From: Octopus sinensis
Taxonomy: Eukaryota
Direction: 5' to 3'
Assembly: GCF_006345805.1 (NCBI RefSeq)
Contig: NC_043003.1
Location: forward strand, 28,892,001 to 28,956,000
DNA: 64,000 bases
Part shown: positions 54,432 through 64,000 of the stretch, piece by piece
Layout: every line of letters starts with the position of its first letter
How positions within the stretch are numbered: position 1 is the stretch's first letter
The notes under the pieces: generated by a model
The model's input: only the letters and a program-made list of their open reading frames with translations
Database searches by the model: none
Told to the model about the DNA's origin: nothing
Program-made: the position numbers and the translations under genes

Positions 54432-55544
54432 TTCATTCCTCGCTTTTTTTAACGCTCTCTTAAAGGTGTCCACAAATCTTTCTACCTACCCGTTTAACCT
54501 CGGGTAGTAGGGTGGAGTGAAAATATGCTTTATCACATGGCTTTTACAGAAGTTCTTGAATTCGTACCCAGAGAACAGCGTTCTGTTGTCTGAAACTAGC
54601 GTGTCAGGAACACCTTATTGCGCAAACACTTCGTATAAGAACTTGATAGTTGTCTCAGAGGTTGGTCTATAGCACCTACAAACCTCCGGCCACTTAATAC
54701 AGCTATCTACTACGATTAGGTAGAAAGTGCCGTTTACCGGTCCGGCATAGTTAATGTGTAACCTAGACCATGGGTTCTCCGTCTCTGGCCACGATTGATA
54801 TTTTATCAGTGGGGCTTTGGTCGCGAGCGCGCAACCTCGGCATGGTCTCACCAAGTTTTCGATATCTCGGTCCATAGACGTCCAATAGACATAACTCATC
54901 AGAGCTTTCATCCTTGCCATTCCTGGATGTCCGCACTGCAATTGTTGCAATACACCTTTTTGTAATGTAATAGGGACCAACACTCTTTGGGCATACATTA
55001 GTATATCGTCGCAAATTGAAAATCTACTGGCATCTGAAGTTTTATTATGTTTATTTTTTAAAGCTTCTTTTAATTTCGTAATATACTCATCATCTACAGC
55101 TTTCGTTTTTACATCCTGTGCCACCATAACACTTTTAATTTCACTTTCTGCATGCAGTGCAACTATAACAGTCTATTCTATTGGTTCCATATTTTGGGGA
55201 ATTAATCTCGAAAGGCAGTCTGCATGACCGATTTTTTTTCGATGGAATGTATTGCATTTTGAAATTATAATTTAGTAATATTACACCCCAACGTAGCAGG
55301 CGGTTCGCAGTATGAGTCGGTAACCCTTTTTAGACCCGTAAATCAAGAGCAAAGGTCTATGGTCTGTTTGCAATAAAAAACTTCTGCCATGCAGAAACCT
55401 GTGAACATTTTTAACTGCAAAAATAATTGCTAGAGCCTTCTTTTCAATATGATTATACCTCTTCTCTGCCGCTATTAGCGAGCGCGAAACATGAACCACT
55501 GGTTTTGTACTTCCGTTTTCGTTATTTATGAAGTAGAACTGCAC
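54432..55544 (-). pseudogene. Ty3/Gypsy pol fragment (RNase H, integrase zinc finger and core)
   Basis: SRSLIAAEKRYNHIEKKALAIIFAVK..LQTDHRPLL; GHPGMARMKAL..VYW..CRGC; PWSRLHINYAGP..LIVVDS..KWPEV; GVPDTLVSDN..ERFVDTFKRAL. Confidence 0.92.
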
Positions 55545-55634
55545 CTAATCCTTTTTTATATCATTTTTCCTTTTTTCTCTTTTTTCTTCCTTTTTGCATG
55601 TGTTAAAGTCTTAGAAATCATTTACTTCCTTTTT

Positions 55635-57060
55635 TTACCATTTTATGTAAGGCAGCAGGTCCTCATAATCTATTACTGACAGCAAGTGGTCGAACTCAAT
55701 GCGCTCTCCTGTTGGGTCCAACCCATTTCCGAACCATTCTCACAGTCTTGCACAACTGCCCTGACACTCTCCGGACAGCATTCGATTGCTAGCCTCACTC
55801 CTACTACCGACCTCACCTTCGCCATTCTCCCCCCAATCTCCGTGCCCCTCGCATAAGTCACCATATGCCATTCACTTTTCGGTTCCTCCCCAGTACCCGC
55901 CCCTGCAGTCACACCCGACCTTCCACGCTAGCCTTCCCCGTTGATGCTGCTGGAACCTCATGCCGTGCCTCCTGTCGTCTACCTTCCTTCTCCCTCCCCA
56001 ACGGACCGCCCAGCGGCGAGTCCACGTCTTCCTTTCTCTCTTCTTTTTACCCACCACCGTATATTCCTCCTCCACTCCCTCCGGACACATCCCACCCACC
56101 GGAGCCGTTACCTCAGCACACCACCCCCACTCAGCACCCCACCGTCGGTGCTCCTCCACACCCCCAACTCACGTCCTCCAGCAGCACCACCTCCTCCGCC
56201 ATCCTGTACAAGTCCTGCAAACCGACATAGATGTCCACTTCGAGGCCGCACCTCCACCAATCCACCTCCCTCGTCCTCGCTACATAACGGTTGCCACCAG
56301 CCACGCCTCCCCAATCTCCAGGGGCATCCTGCCAATCCCCACCCTGGCCACTCGCTTGCCACAGCAAGTTGACAGAAGCACCCACTCTGGCGTCCCCAGC
56401 GTCACAGTGGAGCGGTTCACCGCCTCTTGCTCGCCAGCTAAGCGTACCTCCACCACGCTGCACTCTCCTCTTCCGGTGCAGAATGCTGTGAGACCCCTCA
56501 CCTCCCTCAAACACTCTTCCACTGCGGCTACCTGTATTCCCTTCGTTGCCGTGAACAGTGCTCCACATTCCACTGTCCGCCTCGTCACGCCAGCTGCCAA
56601 ATCCTCCGGCGGGGCCAACCTCAAATTGATTCCCTCCCTCTCGACAAGTTCGTTGTATTCCTTTAGCTTTTTTGGCTCAATTTTAACTTCTCGAACCTCT
56701 AGTGCGTCAGCAGTAAAACTTCTTCCCGTGGCTGAAGCATAGCTGCCGGGTGGAACTGGTTCGCACTCCATTCTTCTTTTTTCTTATACTTCACCCATAA
56801 ACGGCGAAGGAAACAATTATAAATTCACAGCAAAAAACAGCGACCAGCAATCCAAAAATTTAACAATGAGGCTCAACAATGAGGTTCACCCCTACGAGAG
56901 ACCTTCAACTAATAATAAACAATGCGACCCACGTCCAACAGGGATTTAAAATGATTAAACCAACAACAAAGAAAAATAAACAGGCATAAAATACCTCACA
57001 TACTCAGATCGCTTTATTTATATGTAATGGTCTAATCCATTCTCATTAGGGAGCGTCGTA
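55635..57060 (-). mobile_element. 5' UTR plus ORF1 (gag-like) of a probable Tx1-like LINE, frameshifted
   Basis: GC-rich ORF 56280..56771 (RLAPPEDL..VEVRLAGE..TPEWVLL..RVGIGRMPLEI), a degenerate cysteine-containing knuckle-like segment, and a C-terminus ending DYEDLLPYIKW*. Family assignment is by resemblance only. Confidence 0.55.
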
Positions 57061-57094
57061 CTCTCGCACGACAGTATGTATGTATGTATGTATA

Positions 57095-57417
57095 GTAAAG
57101 ACGCATGGCTCAGTGGTTAGAGCGTCGAGCTTACAATTGTGTGGTTGTGACTTCAAATCACAACACGGGCTGCGTGTTGCGTTTTTGAGCAAGACACTTT
57201 ATTTCATGTTGCTCCAGTTCACTCAGCTGTAGAAATAAGTTGCGACGTCACAGGTGCCAAGCTGTATCGACCTTTGCCTTTCCCTTGGATAAAACTGGTG
57301 GCGTGGAGAGAGGAGGCCGGTATGCATGTGCGACTGTTGGTCTTCCATAAACAACCTTGCCTGGACTTGTGCCTGGGAAGGTAACTTTCTAGGTTAGTCA
57401 TGACCGAAGGGGGTCTC
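57095..57417 (+). mobile_element. SINE family A
   Basis: Aligns with 38334-38670; ends in (TATG)n. Confidence 0.9.
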
Positions 57418-58336
57418 AGCATGTATGTATGTATGTATGTATGTATGTATGTATGTATGTATGTATGTATGTTTGTATGTATAATGTAAATAGAGAGAAT
57501 GCAAAGCCTGAAAATTTTCAGATGAACATTCATGCATAAATATATAGATTAAATTTACACAGAGTACAAAAACACAGAAAATTAGTGGGGAGAAGATATG
57601 GTGTTTCAGGTCTGACAGCTGTTTCTGAGGACTTGGAATTACTCCATAATGTTAGCAGGTGTAGTTCACAAAAATATGTAACCAGTAGAGGAAGCATATA
57701 AGTTTTGAGTAAATCTAGTCTCCGACTTCAGGATGATTTCTCCACCACTGCGTGGCACCTTGGATAAGAGCCTTCTGCTATAGAAAAGCCTTGTAAGTGG
57801 ATATGGTAGACAGAAACTGAAAGAAGCCCATCGTGCGAGTGTGTGTGTGTGTGTGAGTGTGTGTGTTTGTGTGTGTGTGTGATGCATATGAGTATGTGTG
57901 TACGGTTCTGTGTGGGTATGTATAATGACTTCTGTCAAGCACTCTGGCTGAACTATTTGCGTGTATAAATATTTCCACTTTGACAATTAAATATTTATCC
58001 ATTTAATTATTATGCTAAAAATAATTGTGTACAATTTCATTTTTAGCAAGAAGAAGTGAAAAAACAAGTAAAATTAATCAGATAACCAACGATAACGTAT
58101 GCAATACATCAAAAAGTCATTTCTATTCATTTTTTCAAATATACGTACATATACATACGCGTACATACACACATATAGATACCTATACATATAATCACAC
58201 ACATATATATGTATGTACATATACAGATATATATCTACATATACATCCTATAAATGTAGATGTATATCTGTATATATTCATGCATATAATATATAAATAA
58301 GATTTTATAATATATATATATATATAATATATGTGC

Positions 58337-58406
<70 letters not shown>

Positions 58407-58452
58407 CATTATATATTATATATATATAATATATATAATATATAATTGGTGC

Positions 58453-58492
<40 letters not shown>

Positions 58493-58943
58493 TATATAAT
58501 ATAATATATATATATAATATATATATGTGTGTGTGTGTGTGTGGGTGTATGTAATTACATATATAATAAAACACAAACAAACATATGCATATACACACAT
58601 ATACATATATATGCATTTCTGCAGATGTGTATGCACGTGATTGCGTGTTTCATTTAACTTAATAAAATTTAACAAAGTCTCCTTTGTACTGAGATTATTT
58701 AATTAATTATACATACACATATGCACATGTTAATCACACATGGGCAGACAGATGCACGTACATACACAAATTCATATACTTATATATATGAGCGTGTATG
58801 GGTATGTGTCTGTGGGCGATAAGTAAATATATACTACATCACAAATGATTACATGTATTCATGCGTATACATAGATATATGTGTATAAATGAACATGTAT
58901 ATACGCATTTCTAGGAATATTTATTTATAAATATGTGGGTGTT

Positions 58944-59081
<138 letters not shown>

Positions 59082-60039
59082 TGCACACACACAGACACAC
59101 ATGCTTACACACACACACATACAGAGTGTCTCCAAAGATGTATATACTGTGAATGATTATAAAGTCAGATAGCATCTACGGACAGAACCTAGATATTTTT
59201 TTTAAATGCTTGTTTTCAAACTGATGACCGTTCTGCTTAGCCTGTGAATAATGGGAAGGAATTGAATTGCTGACATCAAGAATCATTTTGTTCTGTATTT
59301 TTCTGCATTTTTGATTAATGGCTGCACTCAGTTCTTTAACTCTTGCCGGTTTTTTTTACCATAAAATTGATCGTTTAAGGATCTCCATAAAAATCTTCTG
59401 GTAAGAGGACCAGTGAACATAGAAGGTATTCTACTGAGCCTCTTCGTTCAGTCCACCCGTTTGGCAAAATTTTATTAACGTATACAGTCTTATTACTATG
59501 GTGGTGTGTGGGTGCCCCATCTTACTTGAAATAAAATTCCACATCTTCAAAGTTCTCCTGGACGCTTCGCATGCCAGGTTGTCGTACCAGGTTCAAATGA
59601 ATGGGACCAGTCACAATACGGGGAAAATGAATGGTCTGATTAATCTTTTTGATGACCAAGTGCACCATTTTGTAACTCTTGGTAAATTTATACGGTGGTT
59701 CTCCGCAGACAGCGAGTTGGCAGAATCGTTAGTACACCGGGTGAAATGTCTAGTTCAAAAGCTGCCGGGGTTGACTTTGCCTTTCATCCTTTCGCGGTCG
59801 ATAAAATAAGTACCAGTCGAGCACTGGGGTCAATATAATCGACTTAACCCCTTCATTGTTGGCCTTGTGCCAAAAATTTTAAACCGATATGATAGTCCTC
59901 CGTAATACGCAGATTCTCAGTTGTTTAGTAGGTACAATTGTGTTAATAAATTGAACTAGTTAATTTAAATCTAATACATTATTTGGAATAGCCTGTATAC
60001 ATGCAAATCCTAGTTCATCCGTCGTTGTCGCTGATGATC

Positions 60040-60720
60040 AAAAACATCACTTGGGAGAAGAAAACGGGGCCTCATATGTCCGACTTCGGCCGATCAGTCC
60101 AACGCGTGCTCAGAAGGCTCTGCTGCAGATTGGGCGCTGGTAATCTGCAGGGACTTAAGGCAATGAGTTGGCTGTAGACTAGCGTAGTTCACGCTTTCTT
60201 TGTGCTCCTCCAGTCCTTTTCTATTTGTAAGAGATGGCACTTTCGTTAGTGCAGCTTCTCCAGGCAACGCTGACTTACACTATCGTTTCCTAGGTGCCGG
60301 GGTTGATCTCAAAGCTCTTTAGTGAGGTTTTTGAGTGTATCTTTGAAGCGATTTTTCTGTCCACTTTGCATACGCATGCTCTCCACCAGTTCGCTGTAAA
60401 CATTTCTTGAGGGCATAGTGTGTCCTACGCTCTCCTCAGCAATGTGTAAACGCTTGACAGATCTGCTTAAGAGATCATCTCTGTGTCTAGAACCTTGTCT
60501 TGCCAGGTAATTTTCAGTGGCTTCCTCGGATAGTTTATGGCGAAGCAGTTTAGCTTTTTGGCATGGCGTTCGCAAACCATCCAAATTTCACAAGTGTACA
60601 GTAGCGCAGGCAGCACAACTTCAACTTGGTAGCCACCTTAGTGCAAGCGCGCATGCGCACGCACACGCACTCACACACATACAGAAACATACACACACAC
60701 ATTTGTGTGTATCTTCTCCG
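60040..60720 (-). pseudogene. RTE-clade LINE 3' end, degenerate
   Basis: MPSRNVYSELVES..SGQKNRFKDTLK resembles the RTE consensus PKQLLYGEL..GGQKKRFKDTLK; RVGLIG is a remnant of the terminal zinc-finger region. Confidence 0.75.
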
Positions 60721-60839
60721 GCACGGGAGTAATTTTCCCATCTAATTAATGTAGAAATATTTCCTTTGTGCTAAGACTTCATAATTATATTGTATGCACC
60801 TACCGTTTGTACACACGTGCGCGCGCACATTTATGTATG

Positions 60840-60870
<31 letters not shown>

Positions 60871-62157
60871 ATATGTATGTATGTACGTTTGTATGTATGT
60901 ATGTATGTATGTATGTATGTATGTATGTATGTATGTATGTATGTATGTATGTATGTATGCATGTATGTATGTATAGCTATTTATGTATACAGCAATTACA
61001 TCATTGAAACGCCAATTTAGCCACTTAAAACGTGATGAGTTCTGCAGAAAATATTAAAGTGTTTAATTGATGACGAAACGCCAAAATAACAAATATGAAA
61101 CTTAAGTCACCCATCATGGTTTACGCACGTTTTTGTAAAAAAGTTTTTAAAATACCTTGAAAATTACCATGCAGTGCTCCAGCATGGCCGCAGTTAAAGA
61201 ATGCGTCTTGCGTGATGTTTGTTGAGAATTTGTTACTGTGGTGTTCTTAGGATTAATTGAAATGAACCCCTTACGAAGACTCTCATTTCATTACTTAATT
61301 GTAAATATTTTCTGTAGGTATAAGTTTTTCCCTGAATTGCATTTCAACAATCTTATTTATAACTGCATCGTTTCTTTCCAGGTAAACTGACATCTGACTA
61401 TTCCAAGAACACTTCAAAATTACTAGTGGTGACTTCTCTTGAAAATTGACAAAATTTGACAACATCAATCTTTTAGAAACTTCGGTTCCAAAACTATACC
61501 GGTTTACTGGTTTTTCCATACCAGCAGTGGTCACCTTCGTCCATACACTCTAAATTAAGCAAATTCACTTAAATAATGAAATGAAATATAGGAACCTATG
61601 CATATTTGTGAATGATAAAAATTTATTTATACTCTACTATGCAAAGAATTAATCTTCGCAATGTACCATTAAACTAGTCTGGTGGTTGCGGGAATCTGAA
61701 GTTCCTGTTTACATATTAATGCGGATTATAAGAGGTTCTGGACTGTCACTGTCCGGACAGTGTTGCATCTACACAATAAAATATTTGATTTAATTACAAT
61801 TATTTAGTAATTACAAGAAAAAATTGTTTTGAACTCTGCTGCATCAACATTGTTCTTGTTGCTGTACTGTTTGTTTACTTAAAGCTGTGATGCCACAGCA
61901 CCACTAATGGGAAATTGCAAAAGGTTGGCTTCTCGTTTCAATCAACAGAACATATATATGTCCTTAACATGTCCTTAACATGTCCTTAACATGCCCTTGT
62001 TACCAAAGACTGTATATATGTAATGTAGCATTTTGTAACAACCAATAATTAACGCAACCAAACTTCTACATGTTACTTTTGACAATCCTTTTCCAAAGAG
62101 TGAAACCGGTAAAGTAAATAAACATCTTTTAAAATTGCATTTTCAAACCTTCTTTTG

Positions 62158-62227
<70 letters not shown>

Positions 62228-62539
62228 CTTGTTTGTTTTTTGCATACTATCTGATAAGTTAACCGGAGCTTTGGTAAGTAAAGATAATTTTTCCTAGAAT
62301 TACATTTCTACAATCTTATTTATGACTGCCTTGTTTCTTTTCAGCTAAACTGATATCTGACTATTCAAAGAAGACTAAAAGTAAATATGGCAATTTCTCT
62401 TAAAAAATGGACAAAATTTAGTAACGTGATTTTATCAAGTACGTTCAGAAAATAATTTAGACCCCGAGAACATTCATACTGACTAGGCTGCTACATTAAG
62501 AGGTTGACGCTTCAAAGTGGGGGGGGGGTTCAACTGAAT

Positions 62540-63460
62540 TTAGGCGGGGAAGAGATAGTCTTGAAGATGACATAATGTCTGGACGTCCTGTAACTGCCAC
62601 CACCAAGGAGAACATTGATCGTGATCACAACAAAGTGATGGATGACAGGCGATTGACTTTAAATCAAACACCCAATGCTATGAATATATCTCGTGAGAGA
62701 GTTGAGAATATTCTGCACAATGATCTTGGCTTGACGGAAGCTTCTGTTCGGTGGATGCCACGTCTTCTAACACCTGGTCAAAAGCGCACCCAAAAATCTG
62801 ACTTTGAGTTGGTTTCCTTGAAAGTTTCCCAACCCAGGTTGGGCTAAAGACAGACAATCAATGCAGTAGAAACGAGCCATCTCGTCTGCTCCATTGAAAG
62901 CCAGTATCGCTTTATTTGTAGCGATGCAAAAGACATCGAGTTTATTGACTACTTTTAAAAAGTCCGCACCATTAATGAAGAGTACCATGCTCACTTGCTG
63001 ATGCAGTTCCGAAGAGCTATCAAGACGAAATGCCCATGAAGACTGAGGAAAGAAGTCTTGTTTCATCAGAAGAAAGCTGATGGTTTCCTTGGTTTCAATG
63101 GTTGCTGTGTGTGACTGTGGCTTTGAATTGGTTTATCAACCACTCTGTGCTCCAGATTTAGCCCTATCTGAACATCATCTGTCGTTCAACATGAATAAAC
63201 ATTTGGCTGGGTACCAGTATTGCAGTGATGATGACGTCACATCTGCTGTTGATGAAAGCTTCTTCACTTCTTCACCAACAGGATGAAATGTTTTTCGCCA
63301 ACAGGAAGAAAGCATCTTAACCAACAGGATCAAAGTACCGCAACACCGATAGAATATGTGCGTGGACCACAGCGCTAACTACGTAAAAACATAAACCCGA
63401 TTTGGTCACATTCCATGAGAGTATATTGGTCAACCCATTAGCTTTTCAACAGACTCTTGT
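62540..63460 (+). mobile_element. Degenerate mariner element
   Basis: SGRPVTATTKENIDR..DDRRLT..ISRERVENILHNDLG..VRWMPRLLT (WVPRLL motif); QPLCAPDLALSEHHL (YSPDLAPSD motif); TIR-like 3' end. Confidence 0.85.
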
Positions 63461-63569
63461 ATTTATTCATATAATTACTCTGCTAACAGGAATTATATAT
63501 GCAAAGTGATTAGCGAGCGAGATCAATAAAAGAGAAAACAATCAGATTTACACCCATAATGTACACAAT

Positions 63570-63632
<63 letters not shown>

Positions 63633-63637
<5 letters not shown>

Positions 63638-63810
63638 CGTGATAACCGTGACCGACCAGGCTATCAGATGTTGCTACACATCGCTGGTCACAATGCGCTT
63701 CGTATTGTTTTTAGCCTTCAAATAACGCTACCCCGTTGGCTAAGCGAGCAGGCCAACAGAAGAAAGAGTGAGAAGAAAGTTGTGGTGAAAGAGTACAGCA
63801 GGAATCACGT
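63633..63810 (-). mobile_element. 3' tail of SINE family B abutting (TA)n
   Basis: ATCACCGTGATAACCGTGACCGACCAGGCTATCAGATG is nearly identical to 9436-9510. Confidence 0.8.
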
Positions 63811-63849
63811 GTGGATGTGTTTAGATGCAGAAATATGTACATATATATA

Positions 63850-63908
<59 letters not shown>

Positions 63909-64000
63909 ATATATACTTATTTCTGCATCTAAAGACGTCCACACGTGATTGCGTGATTTATGTAGCCATAAAATTTTACAAAGGACTCCCTTAACAATAA

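Noticed and set aside
61958-61998. Short tandem repeats (ATGTCCTTAAC x3; also the 29-30-mer duplication at 46042-46100) as CRISPR-like arrays
   Set aside because: No unique spacers, eukaryotic context; these are simple slippage duplications.

Overview
Repeat-dense, AT-rich eukaryotic genomic DNA. I infer an octopus or other cephalopod from the tRNA-derived SINE families and the extreme (TA)n/(GATA)n/(CA)n/(TATG)n/trinucleotide microsatellite load. No intact host protein-coding gene is recognisable, and most long ORFs in the track are microsatellite artefacts. Recognisable coding remnants all come from decayed transposons: mariner (2343-3329, 62540-63460), Tc1 (7098-8080), Tigger/pogo (21631-24028), a CR1-like LINE (39560-41690 plus two 3' fragments), Tx1-like LINE pieces (4900-5680, 55635-57060), a Ty3/Gypsy RNaseH-integrase fragment (54432-55544), an RTE 3' end (60040-60720) and a Penelope-like RT/GIY-YIG remnant (48030-49290). 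The most interesting signals are: (i) minimal type-I hammerhead ribozyme motifs whose helix III is always self-complementary, several inside long palindromes; (ii) several 250-500 bp near-perfect foldbacks; (iii) an old, collinear 6.3-6.8 kb tandem segmental duplication containing exon-like blocks; (iv) a speculative chain of short minus-strand exon-like segments, one of them inside a near-identical 1413-bp-period duplication.
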